Part shown: piece by piece, positions 19,588-31,353 of the stretch
Layout: each line of letters begins with the position of its first letter
Position numbering within the stretch: position 1 is the first letter of the stretch
Origin: an uncultured cyanobacterium
GTDB taxonomy: Bacteria; Cyanobacteriota; Cyanobacteriia; Leptolyngbyales; Leptolyngbyaceae
Length of the DNA stretch: 64,000 nt
Direction of reading: 5' to 3'
Assembly (NCBI GenBank): GCA_963766075.1
Contig: CAVYAN010000072.1
Coordinates: 32,001 to 96,000, forward strand
Notes under the pieces: model-generated
Database searches by the model: none
Seen by the model: only the letters and a program-made list of their open reading frames with translations
What the model was told of the DNA's origin: nothing
Program-made: the position numbers and the translations under genes

Positions 19588-21648
19588 ATGGAACTGATAT
19601 ACCAGTATGCCTGGCTGATTCCAGTCTTACCGCTTCTGGGCGCGATGATTGTCGGCATCGGACTGATTTCGTTTAATAAGGCTACTAACGGACTCCGACA
19701 GGTCAACTCAATTTTCATCGTGTCGTTGATCGGTACGGCCATGGTCCTGTCCTTCGCAATTCTGTGGAGTCAGTTTCAAGGACACGCACCCTACACTCAT
19801 ATGATTGAGTGGGCTTCCGCCGGGGACTTTCACCTCAGCATGGGCTATACCGTGGATCATCTAACCGCGCTCATGCTGGTGATTGTCACCACTGTGGCGT
19901 TCTTAGTGATGATCTACACCGATGGCTACATGGCCCACGATCCCAGCTATGTCAGGTTTTATGCCTACCTCAGCTTGTTTAGCTCTTCCATGCTGGGCCT
20001 AGTGGTCAGTCCTAATTTGGTCCAGGTGTATGTGTTCTGGGAACTGGTGGGCATGTGTTCCTACCTGCTGATTGGATTTTGGTATGAGCGCAAGTCCGCC
20101 GCCGATGCTTGCCAAAAAGCGTTTGTGACTAACCGCGTCGGCGACTTTGGTTTGCTGCTGGGTATTTTGGGGCTGTACTGGGCCACGCAAAGCTTTGATT
20201 TTGTGACCATGGGCGATCGCCTGCAAGAATTAGTGCAAACGGGAGCCATTAGCGGCGGCTTGGCCGCACTGTTTGCGGTCCTCGTTTTTCTAGGACCTGT
20301 GGCCAAGTCGGCCCAGTTCCCCCTGCACGTTTGGCTACCGGATGCCATGGAAGGGCCAACGCCCATTTCAGCGCTGATTCACGCCGCCACCATGGTGGCC
20401 GCCGGGGTATTTCTCATTGCCCGGATGTTCCCCGTATTTGAGCACATTCCCGTGGCAATGAACGTGATCGCTTGGACAGGCGCAATTACAGCCTTCATTG
20501 GTGCAACCATCGCCATTACCCAAAACGACATCAAGAAAGGACTGGCCTACTCCACCATGTCCCAACTGGGCTATATGGTGATGGCGATGGGCGTCGGCTC
20601 CTACAGTGCTGGGATGTTTCACTTGATGACCCATGCCTATTTCAAGGCCATGCTGTTCCTGGGTTCCGGCTCCGTAATTCACGGAATGGAAGCGGCGGTG
20701 GGCCATAATCCCGCCTATGCCCAAGATATGCGACTGATGGGCGGTTTGCGCAAGTACATGCCCGTGACCGCCGCGACCTTCCTGATCGGGACCCTGGCAA
20801 TTTGCGGCATTCCGCCCTTTGCTGGGTTCTGGTCCAAGGATGAAATTTTGGGGCTGGCTTTCCAGTCGAATCCAGTCCTATGGCTGATTGGCTGGCTGAC
20901 GGCGGGGATCACGGCATTCTATATGTTCCGCATGTATTTCTCTACCTTTGAAGGGGAGTTCCGGGGCACAAATGCTGCCATCAATGAAAAAATTCGGATT
21001 GAGCAACTGCAATTGGCAGGGCTTTCAATGGGGCCAGGGGCAATGAGCTCTAAAGAACTGGTCTCAGAAGCCGATCATGATGCATCGGCCCACGCTGAAC
21101 ACCATAGTCATTCTCCCCATGAGTCGCCGATCACGATGACCTTGCCGCTGCTGGTTCTGGCCGTCCCATCAATGCTAATTGGCTTGGTGGGTACGCCCTT
21201 TGCTAACTACTTCGAGGCGTTCATCCATGCGCCGGGAGAGGTCGTGGAGCACGAAGCGGTGAACCTGACGGAGTTCCTGATTATGGGGGGCAATTCTGTC
21301 GGGATCGCGCTGATTGGGATTACCCTGGCCTCTCTGATGTATTTGCGGGGCAAGATTGATCCCAGCGCGATCGCCAACAAAATTCCAGCGCTGTACCAAC
21401 TGTCCAAAAACAAGTGGTACTTCGATGCCATTTACAACAATGTCTTTGTCCTGGGCAGTCGCCGTCTCGCCCGACAAGTGCTGGAAGTGGACTACAAGGT
21501 GGTGGATGGTGTGGTTAACCTCACAGGATTGGCAACGCTGCTGTCTGGGGAAGCCCTGAAATACTTCGAGAATGGCCGCGCCCAGTTCTATGCGCTGATT
21601 GTGTTTGCAGCGGTGCTGGGATTGGTGATCTTTTCCGGGGTCAGTTAA
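19588..21648 (+). CDS. ndhF1: NAD(P)H-quinone oxidoreductase subunit 5 (NdhF1)
   Basis: FWELVGMCSYLLIGFW, KSAQFPLHVWLPDAMEGPTPISALIHAATMV. Confidence 0.97.
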   Translation: MELIYQYAWLIPVLPLLGAMIVGIGLISFNKATNGLRQVNSIFIVSLIGTAMVLSFAILWSQFQGHAPYTHMIEWASAGDFHLSMGYTVDHLTALMLVIVTTVAFLVMIYTDGYMAHDPSYVRFYAYLSLFSSSMLGLVVSPNLVQVYVFWELVGMCSYLLIGFWYERKSAADACQKAFVTNRVGDFGLLLGILGLYWATQSFDFVTMGDRLQELVQTGAISGGLAALFAVLVFLGPVAKSAQFPLHVWLPDAMEGPTPISALIHAATMVAAGVFLIARMFPVFEHIPVAMNVIAWTGAITAFIGATIAITQNDIKKGLAYSTMSQLGYMVMAMGVGSYSAGMFHLMTHAYFKAMLFLGSGSVIHGMEAAVGHNPAYAQDMRLMGGLRKYMPVTAATFLIGTLAICGIPPFAGFWSKDEILGLAFQSNPVLWLIGWLTAGITAFYMFRMYFSTFEGEFRGTNAAINEKIRIEQLQLAGLSMGPGAMSSKELVSEADHDASAHAEHHSHSPHESPITMTLPLLVLAVPSMLIGLVGTPFANYFEAFIHAPGEVVEHEAVNLTEFLIMGGNSVGIALIGITLASLMYLRGKIDPSAIANKIPALYQLSKNKWYFDAIYNNVFVLGSRRLARQVLEVDYKVVDGVVNLTGLATLLSGEALKYFENGRAQFYALIVFAAVLGLVIFSGVS

Positions 21649-21698
21649 AGCCCCACGCCTGCTCAAACTAACACCGCGTTAGGCCACAACGGCTGGGA

Positions 21699-21748
21699 CA
21701 ACGGCTGGGAATTGATGAGTCTCTGGGGCTCTCAGTTCCCAGCCGTTG
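21699..21748 (+). terminator. Long stem-loop after ndhF1 (left arm preceded by a 12-bp duplicate)
   Basis: CAACGGCTGGGA ... TCCCAGCCGTTG inverted repeat. Confidence 0.55.
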
Positions 21749-22014
21749 CTATTCAGTCGGCCCCGATCGCCCCAATTGTAACGGGATCGTTACGGAAGGC
21801 AAGCTATCTTCGTTAAAAAGTTGTGAGTTCTGGGGCGATCGCCCCGATTCAGTCGATACAATCCCTAGCAAGCGATCGCGTTATGCCTCCTAAGGATTTG
21901 ACTGAATTTTGACTAAACTCTGGCCCGCCTTGCTAAAGTCTGCTGAAGACAGGTTGATCTGACGTCAAACCTGCTCCTCATTCTCGATTAACCACATTAC
22001 TATCGACAGCGAAC

Positions 22015-23610
22015 ATGCTAGATGCCAACTTTCCGTGGCTGACGACCACCATCCTCTTGCCAATCGTCGCCGCTCTCTTCATTCCCTTCATTCCCGACAA
22101 AGATGGCAAAACGATTCGCTGGTACGCCCTAGTAGTGGGGCTGATCGATTTTGCCATCCTGGTCTACGGGTTCTACAGCCAGTACGACTTTTCCAGCGCC
22201 GAACTGCAAATGGTGGAAAGCTACACCTGGATTCCCCAACTCGACCTGAAGTGGTCCGTGGGAGCCGATGGTTTGTCCATGCCGCTAATTTTGTTGACCG
22301 GGTTTATTACCACCCTGGCAACCCTAGCCGCTTGGCCCGTTACTCTGAAGCCGCGATTCTTCTACTTTCTGCTCCTAGCCATGTATGGCGGGCAAATTGC
22401 CGTCTTTGCGGTACAGGACATGCTGCTGTTCTTCATGGTGTGGGAATTGGAACTGATTCCCGTTTACCTGCTGCTCGCCATCTGGGGTGGGAAGAAGCGT
22501 CAATACGCCGCCACTAAGTTTATTCTTTATACAGCGGGTGGATCGCTGTTCATTCTTCTCGCCGCCCTGTCCATGGCCTTCTATGGCGATACGATCACCT
22601 TTGACATGCATGCCCTAATGCAAAAGGACTTCCCCCTCACCTTCCAACTGTGGATGTATGGAGCCTTCCTAATTGCCTATGCGGTCAAACTTCCGATCAT
22701 TCCCCTACACACCTGGCTACCCGATGCCCACGGCGAAGCCACTGCGCCTGTACATATGCTGCTGGCAGGCATTTTGCTGAAAATGGGCGGCTACGCCATG
22801 ATTCGGATGAATGTGGAGATGCTGCCAGCAGCCCACGGCGTGGTCGCTCCCGTACTCGTGATTTTCGGAGTGGTAAATATTATCTATGCCGCCCTCACGT
22901 CCTTTGCCCAGCGTAACTTGAAGCGCAAAATTGCCTACTCCTCCATTTCTCACATGGGATTTGTCCTCTTGGGCATGGCCTCATTTACCGACCTGGGCCT
23001 AAGCGGTGCGGTACTGCAAATGGTTTCCCATGGACTGATTGGAGCCAGCCTATTTTTCCTGGTGGGGGCTACCTACGATCGCACCCACACCCTGATGCTG
23101 GACGAAATGGGCGGCATTGGTAAAAAAATGCCCCGAATCTTCTCCATGTTTACCGCCTGCTCCCTGGCCTCCCTGGCCCTGCCCGGAATGAGCGGCTTTG
23201 TAGCAGAGCTGATGGTGTTTGTCGGCTTTGCCACCAGTGATGCTTATTCCTTCTCCTTCAAGCTCCTGGTCGTACTGCTGGCAGCGGTGGGTGTGATTCT
23301 GACCCCCATTTACCTCCTGTCCATGCTGCGGGAAATCTTCTATGGACCAGAGAATAAGGAACTCACGTCTCACGAGGAACTGGTCGATGCGGAACCCCGA
23401 GAGGTGTTTATCATTGCCACGCTGTTGATTCCGATCATTGGCATCGGGCTTTATCCCAAGCTACTGACGCAGATTTACGACGCTAAGACGGTGCAGCTCA
23501 CGGCGCGGTTGCGGGATGAACTGCCGGTAGTCGCCCACAAATCCCCGCCAGACTCCCTAGCCCAGGGCTTTCACGACCACGTGAAGACCGCTCCGGCACT
23601 GGGAACGTAA
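22015..23610 (+). CDS. ndhD1: NAD(P)H-quinone oxidoreductase subunit 4 (NdhD1)
   Basis: [37 protein letters not shown]; adjacent to ndhF1. Confidence 0.93.
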   Translation: MLDANFPWLTTTILLPIVAALFIPFIPDKDGKTIRWYALVVGLIDFAILVYGFYSQYDFSSAELQMVESYTWIPQLDLKWSVGADGLSMPLILLTGFITTLATLAAWPVTLKPRFFYFLLLAMYGGQIAVFAVQDMLLFFMVWELELIPVYLLLAIWGGKKRQYAATKFILYTAGGSLFILLAALSMAFYGDTITFDMHALMQKDFPLTFQLWMYGAFLIAYAVKLPIIPLHTWLPDAHGEATAPVHMLLAGILLKMGGYAMIRMNVEMLPAAHGVVAPVLVIFGVVNIIYAALTSFAQRNLKRKIAYSSISHMGFVLLGMASFTDLGLSGAVLQMVSHGLIGASLFFLVGATYDRTHTLMLDEMGGIGKKMPRIFSMFTACSLASLALPGMSGFVAELMVFVGFATSDAYSFSFKLLVVLLAAVGVILTPIYLLSMLREIFYGPENKELTSHEELVDAEPREVFIIATLLIPIIGIGLYPKLLTQIYDAKTVQLTARLRDELPVVAHKSPPDSLAQGFHDHVKTAPALGT

Positions 23611-23847
23611 AGCAGCAATACGGCATAGACAGGTTAGCCGAAAATCTGTGATCAAGCGCAGTCGAGCTTGGTGACTATAAAACCCCAGTCTTAGATGGAG
23701 TCCATTCACATTTCCTAACTGAGTTATTAAGTAATCTGGTTACTCAGTGAAGGTTTATCGCCAATTTCAATATACTGGGGAAATTATGTTGCACTTGCAA
23801 AACCCTCAAGTATAATCACTGCAATCATCGAGAGGTTTCTTAGGACC

Positions 23848-24126
23848 ATGAATAAGGGCGAATTAATTGATCAAATTGCCGCAAAGGCAGATGTCACCAA
23901 AAAAGATGCCGATGCCATTCTTTCCGCAATGTTGGATGTGATCCTAGAAGCCGTAGCGGGCGGTGATAAAGTGACTCTGGTTGGTTTTGGGACCTTTGAA
24001 GCCCGCGATCGCCAAGCCCGCGAAGGGCGTAATCCTTCCACAGGAGAACCCATTAAGATCCCGGCAACGCGAGTGCCTGCCTTCAGCGCTGGCAAGCTCT
24101 TCAAAGAAAAGGTCGTGGAAGGTTAG
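23848..24126 (+). CDS. hup: DNA-binding protein HU
   Basis: MNKGELI, LVGFGTF, REGRNPSTGE, VPAFSAGK. Confidence 0.96.
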   Translation: MNKGELIDQIAAKADVTKKDADAILSAMLDVILEAVAGGDKVTLVGFGTFEARDRQAREGRNPSTGEPIKIPATRVPAFSAGKLFKEKVVEG

Positions 24127-24174
24127 TTAGGTTTGAAAGGTTAGTTAGGTTTGAAAGGTTAGTTAGGTTTGAAA
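24121..24174. repeat. Perfect 18-bp tandem repeat GGTTAGTTAGGTTTGAAA x3 including the HU stop codon
   Basis: Directly visible. Confidence 0.95.
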
Positions 24175-24180
24175 ACGTTC

Positions 24181-24218
24181 AGCAGGCAGTCTCACACGAT
24201 GTAGGCTGCCTGCTTTTT
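24181..24218 (+). terminator. Rho-independent terminator of HU
   Basis: AGCAGGCAGTCT ... AGGCTGCCTGCT stem followed by a T-tract. Confidence 0.75.
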
Positions 24219-24351
24219 CTTGGGGATTCGGCAAAAACTTGCGCCTGTCAAGCCTATCTAGTCACTCTGCACACTGATCACCACACAACAGCGAGGCTTG
24301 CAGTCAATCAACGGAGAACTAAGGCGATTTCCGACAAGTAATATACCTGCT

Positions 24352-24431
24352 GCTGGCTACCCTGCGGGAAGCGAACTACGGCTCAGCCAGCGAGAGATTG
24401 CTCCCTTCAACTTCGCTCAGGGAGCAATCTC
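24352..24431. repeat. Small dispersed/palindromic repeat composite (TACCCTGCGGGAAGCGAACTA core plus a CCCTTCAACTTCGCTCAGGG hairpin)
   Basis: A near-identical 21-nt core recurs at 58325; GAGATTGCTCCCT ... AGGGAGCAATCTC hairpin. Confidence 0.7.
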
Positions 24432-24459
24432 GGTCGGTATAATTTTTCCTAGAAATCGC

Positions 24460-26826
24460 CTAATCCAGACGATCCAGGGGCGTTAATTTAGGGTCAACGA
24501 TTTTTTGGCCAACGCCTGGAAACTTGACGGCAATGCAGATTTTGTTACCCGCCCCAAAAATATGGGTAACTTGGCCCTGGCCAAAGGCTTTGTGGACGAC
24601 GCGATCGCCCACAGCCCAGTCGCTTGCATGGGCATTTGGAGCCGTACTCGCCTCGGAATTATTCCGCTTTTTGAATTCCGAGGAGGCTTTAGTCCAACGA
24701 CTCGGGATCGCCGACGCAGCATTGCTTTCCAGAAGTTCCTTGGGCAACTCGCCTAAAAACAGCGAAGGACTGGCCGGTTCCCGTGAGCCATACAGCCGCC
24801 GCTCCCGCGCGTAGGAAATGAACAGACGCTCCTGCGCCCGCGTGATCCCCACATAGCACAGACGGCGTTCCTCTTCCATTGCGGCAGGATCATCGAGGGA
24901 GCGGTAACTGGGGAACAAACCCTGCTCCAGGCCCACGAGAAACACCACCGGAAACTCCAACCCCTTCGAGGCATGGAGCGTCATTAAAGAAACCTTATCG
25001 TCGCTTTCATCCAAGTTATCCAAATCCGACGCTAGGGAAGCATTAGATAAAAAGCCCAGCAGACTGGGATCTTCGGGATTGGTTTCCTCAAACTCTAGAA
25101 TAGCGCTGTAGAGTTCTTCAACATTCTTAGCCCGATCGTCAGCCTCATCAGTCCCCTGCGATCGCAAATCCACGAGATAACTGGTTTCTTCCAGGATACC
25201 CTGCAAAATTTCATGGCCAGCAGCATGCTCCACCTGTTGCCGCCACTTGTGCAGCATGTGGGAAAACCCCAGCACCGATTTTGCCGATCGCCCGGACAAA
25301 CTCCGAACCGACGTTTCATCCATCAGAATGTTCCACAACGGCTGATTCAGTTCCTGGGAGGCTTTCACCAGATTATCAATCGTCGCCTTACCAATCCCGC
25401 GGCGGGGCGTGTTGATCACCCGCAGGAGGCTGACCGTATCCGCTGGATTGGCGATCGCCCGCAAATAGCCCAGCACATCCTTGACTTCTTTGCGATCATA
25501 GAACCGTAAGCCGCCCACAATTTTGTAGTTTGCGCCCACCTCCGATCGCCGCAACGCCTCCTCGATAGCCCGCGATTGCGCATTCGTCCGATACAAAATC
25601 GCGAAATTCTTCCAGCTTAGCTCTGGATGCTCATGGATCAACCGGCAAATCTGCCGCGCTACAAAATCACCTTCTCCAATCTCATCATCCGCTCGCTGCA
25701 AATAAATGGACTCCCCCGCCCCCCGCGTCGGCTTGAGCACCTTATCAATCCGCTCGGTATTATTCTCGATCAGATGATTAGCCACCTGGAGAATATTTTC
25801 TGTCGAGCGGTAATTCTCCTCTAACTTCACCATCGTGCGGGTGTCATCATCGGGCAGGCCATCGCCAAAATCTTTTTGGAAGCCCATCAAAATCGTAAAA
25901 TCCGCCGCCCGAAAAGAATAAATGGACTGATCCGCATCCCCCACCACAAACACCGATCGATAATCCCATGCCTCAAAGGTTTTGGGATTGGCCCCATTGG
26001 TCACCAACAAATTAATCAGATCGTATTGGGTGCGGTTAGTATCTTGATATTCATCCACCAACACATGCCGGAATCGCTTGTGCCAGTAGGCGCGAACATC
26101 CGCATTTTGGCGAAAGAGCTGAACTGGGATCAGCAACAAATCATCAAAATCCAGGGCATTGTTTGCAGCTAGAGCCGTTTGATAGAGACTGTAGACGTTG
26201 GCAATGACCCGCCCCCGATAATTGGGCTGATCCTGCTCGTAGCCTTGGGGCGATAAACCCTGATTTTTCGCCGTGCTGATGGCATAACGCACGGAGCGGG
26301 GATCAAATTTTTTGTCGTCAAGATTAAGCTGATTGACCACAATATCTTTGATCAGGCTCTGCACATCCGAATCATCAAAAATCGAGAAGTTACGATCCCA
26401 TTTCCGACCGCTTTCATCCTGGAATTTCTCAATATCTAGCCGCAGCATTCGAGCACAGAGCGCATGGAACGTGCCAATCCACAGGTCTTTGGTGATGGTT
26501 TTGTAGACCTGGGACTTGAGCTTGGTTTGCTCGTAGGGTTCTAGCAAATCAAAGGGCTTACTGTATTGGTGCTGGGCTTGGCGATCGCAAAACAACCGCT
26601 CAATCCGCTCCTTCATTTCCCGCGCCGCCTTATTTGTAAAAGTCACCGCCAGAATATTTTCTGGATCGACTTTATGAGTCAGCACAAGGTTGGCAATTCG
26701 ATAGGTCAACGCTCGCGTTTTGCCGGATCCTGCCCCCGCCACTACCAACAGCGGCCCACAGTAATGCTCCACCGCCTGCCGTTGGGACGTATTAAGATGG
26801 CTGAGAAATTCAATCGTCTGAGTCAT
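24460..26826 (-). CDS. pcrA: ATP-dependent DNA helicase PcrA/UvrD
   Basis: AGAGSGKT, TFTNKAA, VDEYQDTN, VGDADQSIYSFR, LEENYRST, HASKGLEF, EERRLCYVGITRA. Confidence 0.96.
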   Translation of the reverse strand: MTQTIEFLSHLNTSQRQAVEHYCGPLLVVAGAGSGKTRALTYRIANLVLTHKVDPENILAVTFTNKAAREMKERIERLFCDRQAQHQYSKPFDLLEPYEQTKLKSQVYKTITKDLWIGTFHALCARMLRLDIEKFQDESGRKWDRNFSIFDDSDVQSLIKDIVVNQLNLDDKKFDPRSVRYAISTAKNQGLSPQGYEQDQPNYRGRVIANVYSLYQTALAANNALDFDDLLLIPVQLFRQNADVRAYWHKRFRHVLVDEYQDTNRTQYDLINLLVTNGANPKTFEAWDYRSVFVVGDADQSIYSFRAADFTILMGFQKDFGDGLPDDDTRTMVKLEENYRSTENILQVANHLIENNTERIDKVLKPTRGAGESIYLQRADDEIGEGDFVARQICRLIHEHPELSWKNFAILYRTNAQSRAIEEALRRSEVGANYKIVGGLRFYDRKEVKDVLGYLRAIANPADTVSLLRVINTPRRGIGKATIDNLVKASQELNQPLWNILMDETSVRSLSGRSAKSVLGFSHMLHKWRQQVEHAAGHEILQGILEETSYLVDLRSQGTDEADDRAKNVEELYSAILEFEETNPEDPSLLGFLSNASLASDLDNLDESDDKVSLMTLHASKGLEFPVVFLVGLEQGLFPSYRSLDDPAAMEEERRLCYVGITRAQERLFISYARERRLYGSREPASPSLFLGELPKELLESNAASAIPSRWTKASSEFKKRNNSEASTAPNAHASDWAVGDRVVHKAFGQGQVTHIFGAGNKICIAVKFPGVGQKIVDPKLTPLDRLD

Positions 26827-26971
26827 TTAAAGCCTGATACAACTGGGAACATCGGACGCAAGCCACACGACAGTCACTTGTAGATAAGGATATCCTATCT
26901 AGTCAAGATCCTGTATATCCCACTGACAAATTCCCGAATTGCTTGGCAACCCCAGAGCACCCCGGCCATCC

Positions 26972-27018
26972 AAAAAGGGAGTGGAAATCGGGCCACTGCG
27001 CCCACATTTCCACTCCCT
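26972..27018 (-). terminator. Rho-independent terminator downstream of metK
   Basis: AGGGAGTGGAAAT ... ATTTCCACTCCCT stem with a T-tract on the minus strand. Confidence 0.75.
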
Positions 27019-27151
27019 CTTTAAGGATTGAAGCCTTGTTGGTCCTCTGGAGCATCAGGATTGTCCCCTGGAATCAAGCAGTCATTTTTCCGGCTTGCCA
27101 TCAAAACGACCGACCGGGCCGAACCCATGCTGCACCCCCAGCAATCCTGGA

Positions 27152-28411
27152 CTAGCGCGTTACCACCACAGTTTCCGCGATCGCCGTTTTCAGCACGGCG
27201 GCCTTGTCTGTTTGTTCCCAAGGAAGATCCAGATCGGTGCGGCCAAAATGCCCGTAGGCCGCAACATCTTGATAGAATCGACCCGCCCGCTCCGACGGCA
27301 GATGGCGCAGCCCAAAGGCTTGAATAATGCCAGCAGGCCGGAGGTCAAAGTGCTGTTGGGTCAGTTCCAGGAGGAGATCATCGGACACTTTACCGGTGCC
27401 AAACGTTTCTACCAAAATACTGACGGGACGTGCCACCCCAATCGCATAGCTCAACTGAACTTCACAACGCTCAGCCAACCCCGCAGCCACAATGTTTTTC
27501 GCCACATGGCGGGCCGCATAAGCGGCACTGCGATCCACCTTGGTTGGGTCCTTACCTGAAAAAGCCCCACCACCGTGGCGAGAATAGCCCCCATAGGTAT
27601 CAACGATGATTTTTCGTCCGGTTAATCCAGAATCCCCTTGAGGTCCACCAATGACAAACTTGCCCGTGGGATTGACCAAGAAACGAGTTTTGTCATCCGG
27701 CTTAACATCAATATCCGCAAAGATCGGCAGGACCACCAACGACCACAGATCCTCCCGAATCTTAGCTTGCACCGCCGCATCGTCACTAATGTCGCCAATG
27801 GTCGGAGCATGCTGGGTCGAAACGAGGATGGTGTCAATGCCAACCGGGCGGTTATCTTCATACAGGACCGTGACCTGGGTTTTGCCATCGGGACGCAGAT
27901 AGGGCAGTTGTCCGGTCTTCCGCACCGCCGCCAGACGCCGCGACACCCGATGGGCTAAGCTAATCGGCAGAGGCATCAGTTCCGGCGTTTCATTACAGGC
28001 ATAGCCAAACATCAATCCCTGGTCGCCAGCCCCGATCGCATCCAGCGCCTCTTCGCTCAAGGCTTCACGCGCTTCATGGGCCGTATTCACCCCTTGGGCA
28101 ATGTCGGGGGATTGGGCATCGAGGGCCACCAGCACCGCGCAGCTATTGGCAGAAAAGCCGCTATCGGCACCGGTATAGCCAATTTCTGTGATTTTTTGGC
28201 GCGCCAAGTCAATATAATTTACCTGGGCCTTGGTGGTGATTTCTCCGGTAATCAGAACTAGCCCGGTATTCACTACGACTTCGGCAGCAACCCGACTCAT
28301 CGGATCCTCTGCCAACAGCGCGTCCAGAATCGTATCGGAAATTTGGTCACAAATCTTATCAGGGTGACCTTCCGTCACCGATTCAGAAGTAAAAAAATAG
28401 CGACGGGACAA
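27152..28411 (-). CDS. metK: S-adenosylmethionine synthetase
   Basis: [35 protein letters not shown]. Confidence 0.98.
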   Translation of the reverse strand: MSRRYFFTSESVTEGHPDKICDQISDTILDALLAEDPMSRVAAEVVVNTGLVLITGEITTKAQVNYIDLARQKITEIGYTGADSGFSANSCAVLVALDAQSPDIAQGVNTAHEAREALSEEALDAIGAGDQGLMFGYACNETPELMPLPISLAHRVSRRLAAVRKTGQLPYLRPDGKTQVTVLYEDNRPVGIDTILVSTQHAPTIGDISDDAAVQAKIREDLWSLVVLPIFADIDVKPDDKTRFLVNPTGKFVIGGPQGDSGLTGRKIIVDTYGGYSRHGGGAFSGKDPTKVDRSAAYAARHVAKNIVAAGLAERCEVQLSYAIGVARPVSILVETFGTGKVSDDLLLELTQQHFDLRPAGIIQAFGLRHLPSERAGRFYQDVAAYGHFGRTDLDLPWEQTDKAAVLKTAIAETVVVTR

Positions 28412-28754
28412 TGGGAGGGCCTCCTCGTTTCAGCTAGGGCAGGGGGTACTTACAAAAGACTGCGATCGTAACGCTCAGCGCAAGTACGTTGAACAGTATC
28501 AGCACCGTTGGGATGCAGCGGGGTAACGTCTGGTTCAATCATCCCCGGGGGTTCGACCGCCGCCGACTAGACTGCGGGTAGAGTAACTTAACCGCAGCTT
28601 AAGATACTCCCGTAATTCTACCCGGCATCTGCATCTCCTAGGCGAAGGAATCATCAAGAAACAGTAGAATGCTGTACGCCGATCGCGATCGCACCTTTAT
28701 AAAGTCTATAAAATCACTGATAAAGCCACCTAAAGTCACCCGATGGCATGGCAC

Positions 28755-29489
28755 TCACGCCTCTACAACCTGGATCGACTCAAAATTAGGAATGACAACA
28801 TCGGCTCCCTGGAATTGAATCGACCCTTCCCAATCCACACCCACAATCCCCGCAGCGCCAGCGGCTCGGGCCATGGCCACATCAGCATTAGAGTCTCCAA
28901 TTGCCAAGACTGTGCGGGGAGTCAAGCCCATAGCGGAGCACGCCTGCTGAAACAACACAGGATCAGGCTTACTAATAGCACCACTGCCCATGGTCATTTG
29001 GATATAGGGACTCAGGCTGTACCGCTGCACAAAATCCTGCACATTCACCGTACTATCCGAAGACAAGATGCCGAGCTTGATCGGGGTCGCGGAGAGAGAT
29101 TGCAGCAATGGCAGCACGCCAGCAAACAAGGGGGTATGGTCAGCTTTACGCGGAAAGATTTGATCGGCTTCCGCAAAAGCCGCCCGCACCAGACTGAGCG
29201 ACTCCATCCAATCCCGCCCGGTTTCCGCCACATAGGCAGCAGCAGCAACCTCATTTTCGCGACGGGTGCCCACAGCCATCAGTCCAGCGAGATTGAAGCG
29301 ATCGCCCACAAAACCAAAGGCCATAAGTAACGGTTCCTGCACCCCCGGAATCTGGGCATCAATCAGCCGCGCTCGCTTTTGGCCCAAAATTCGCAGGTAC
29401 TCCTGAGAATTGGCCAGGGTGCCATCTTTATCGAAGATCACCGCTTGGATATTCGAGAAAATCTTTCCACCGCATCGAATCGTCACCAT
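28755..29489 (-). CDS. HAD-superfamily hydrolase
   Basis: FDKDGTL, KPDP, IGDSNADV. Confidence 0.9.
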   Translation of the reverse strand: MVTIRCGGKIFSNIQAVIFDKDGTLANSQEYLRILGQKRARLIDAQIPGVQEPLLMAFGFVGDRFNLAGLMAVGTRRENEVAAAAYVAETGRDWMESLSLVRAAFAEADQIFPRKADHTPLFAGVLPLLQSLSATPIKLGILSSDSTVNVQDFVQRYSLSPYIQMTMGSGAISKPDPVLFQQACSAMGLTPRTVLAIGDSNADVAMARAAGAAGIVGVDWEGSIQFQGADVVIPNFESIQVVEA

Positions 29490-29533
29490 GCGATCGCTCT
29501 CCAGTTGAGTTCAGCCATAAACAGTTCAGCCAT

Positions 29534-29559
29534 AAAAAAAGAGGGATTCTTCCCTCTTT
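29534..29559 (-). terminator. Terminator after rps1
   Basis: AAAGAGGGA-TTCT-TCCCTCTTT hairpin with a T7 tract on the minus strand. Confidence 0.65.
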
Positions 29560-29589
29560 AATCCTAAAAAGCAACAGGTTTTCAGTTCC

Positions 29590-30576
29590 CTAGTCTTCCA
29601 CTGCCGAGGGCAAGTCTTCCTCAAGCACAGTCGGCATTTCCGGCTCCGGTGCTAAAGTCATACTCTTGGCCTCCTGCTGGGCCAGAACCTGCTCACGATA
29701 CTTCGCAGCCATTTCTTCCGCCTTATCGTAAACCACCTGAGGATTCTTCACCATGTCACCGGGTTCCGGCTCCAACTGCTTGGTGGACAAGGAAATCCGT
29801 CCCCGCTCAGCATCCAGGTCAATAATCATCACCTTGACCTCATCGTTCACATTGAACACGCTGTGGGGCGTATCGATGTGATCATGAGAAATTTCAGAGA
29901 TGTGCAGCAGACCACTGACACCGCCAATGTCGATAAAGGCACCGTAGGGCTTGATTCCGCGCACATTGCCAATCACAACTTCGCCCACTTCCAGGCGATT
30001 CATCTTGCGTTCTACCAAGGCACGACGATGGCTGAGGACCAAGCGATTACGCTCTTCGTCCACTTCTAAGAACTTCAGGGGCAGCTCTTCACCCACCAAT
30101 TCTTCCTTAGGCTTACGGGTGCTGATGTGAGAACCTGGAATAAATCCTCGCAATCCCTCAATCCGCACCAGCGCGCCCCCTCGGTTGGTCGCAAACACCA
30201 ACGAACGCACCGTAGCGTCTTCTGCCTGCAACTGGCGCACCCGCTCCCAGGCCCGCATATACTCGATGCGACGAATGGACAGGGTGAGCTGCCCGTCTTC
30301 GTTCTCATCCGCCAGGATGAAAAACTCACGGGTTTCGTTGGACTGGAGCACCTCTTCAGGGGTGTCAATCCGATTAATCGACATTTCTTGAATGGGGATA
30401 TAGGCGGCGGTTTTCGCGCCGATGTCAATCAGAGCGCCCCTTGGCTCCAAACTAAATACGGTGCCTGCCACGACATCACCTGGGCTGAAGTGATAGTCGT
30501 ACTTATCTAGCAGTGCGGCAAAATCTTCGTGGGTGAAGCCAATGTCTAATGTAGCTGTGGTGTCCTGATTGACCAT
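29590..30576 (-). CDS. rpsA: 30S ribosomal protein S1 (cyanobacterial three-S1-domain type)
   Basis: Three S1 repeats (GALIDIGAK, GLRGFIPGSH, YGAFIDIGGVSGLLHISEIS). Confidence 0.95.
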   Translation of the reverse strand: MVNQDTTATLDIGFTHEDFAALLDKYDYHFSPGDVVAGTVFSLEPRGALIDIGAKTAAYIPIQEMSINRIDTPEEVLQSNETREFFILADENEDGQLTLSIRRIEYMRAWERVRQLQAEDATVRSLVFATNRGGALVRIEGLRGFIPGSHISTRKPKEELVGEELPLKFLEVDEERNRLVLSHRRALVERKMNRLEVGEVVIGNVRGIKPYGAFIDIGGVSGLLHISEISHDHIDTPHSVFNVNDEVKVMIIDLDAERGRISLSTKQLEPEPGDMVKNPQVVYDKAEEMAAKYREQVLAQQEAKSMTLAPEPEMPTVLEEDLPSAVED

Positions 30577-30825
30577 GCGAATGTTTCCTAGTGATCTCCG
30601 TTAAGGTTGCCTCCTGTCGATGTACGGACGCAAAAATGCTGCCTACACCTACGTTTCTCCGACGAAGGAGAATGGATGAATGGAAGGGGAACTCGACGTT
30701 CGGAATAGTAATCATAACGCAACATGCGGTGCTTAGCACAACTGTTTTGCGATCGCGATCGTCACGACGAGATTTTCATCCCTGCGGTTAAAAATAAACC
30801 TAGCTCGGCCTGCAATGCACCACCG

Positions 30826-31353
30826 CTAGTGAATTGGATCAGCCGCTGTATAGTTGCTCTGAGGTGCCGTTGTGGGAGGCAGGCCATTGGGAGGCAGGCC
30901 ATTCTGGGGCTGCAACTGATTCAGGGTGTCAATGAAATCGCTGAAACCCTGGAATTTACGATAGACCGAGGCAAAGCGCACATAGGCCACCTCACTGAGC
31001 AGGCGAAGATGCTGTAGAACCAAGTCACCAATTTCGCTACTAGTGACTTCTTTGAGCGATCGCTGCTGCAGCTCGGCTTCAATTTCATCCACTAAAGAGT
31101 CCAACTTATTGGCAGGAACACCGGTTTTTTCACAAGCCAGGACAATACCGCGCAGCAGCTTAGATCGGTCAAAGGACTGGCGATCGCCATCGCGCTTAAT
31201 CACACTAATTGGCACAAACTCAATCCGTTCATAGGTCGTAAAGCGACGGGCACATTGGAGGCATTCCCGTCTTCTCCGAATGCTTTGACCCGCTTCTGCT
31301 GACCGCGATTCAAGAACACGACTATCTGTGCATTGGCAGAAAGGACACCGCAT
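30826..31353 (-). CDS. nrdR: Transcriptional repressor NrdR
   Basis: [32 protein letters not shown] cone, [10 protein letters not shown]. Confidence 0.96.
   Translation of the reverse strand: MRCPFCQCTDSRVLESRSAEAGQSIRRRRECLQCARRFTTYERIEFVPISVIKRDGDRQSFDRSKLLRGIVLACEKTGVPANKLDSLVDEIEAELQQRSLKEVTSSEIGDLVLQHLRLLSEVAYVRFASVYRKFQGFSDFIDTLNQLQPQNGLPPNGLPPTTAPQSNYTAADPIH

Noticed and set aside
21778..21793. Palindrome GTAACG-GGAT-CGTTAC upstream of ndhD1 as an NtcA box
   Set aside because: The spacing is GTA-N10-TAC, not N8; no factor can be assigned.
24121..24174. Repeat ending in GAAA resembling a CRISPR repeat
   Set aside because: The units are contiguous with no spacers, only 18 bp long, and no cas genes are present.
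26940..27150. Structured region possibly 6S RNA or another ncRNA
   Set aside because: Only a terminator hairpin for metK is supported; no 6S motifs recognised.
28540..28565. GGTTCGA T-loop-like motif upstream of metK (tRNA or SAM riboswitch)
   Set aside because: No cloverleaf or SAM aptamer consensus could be built.
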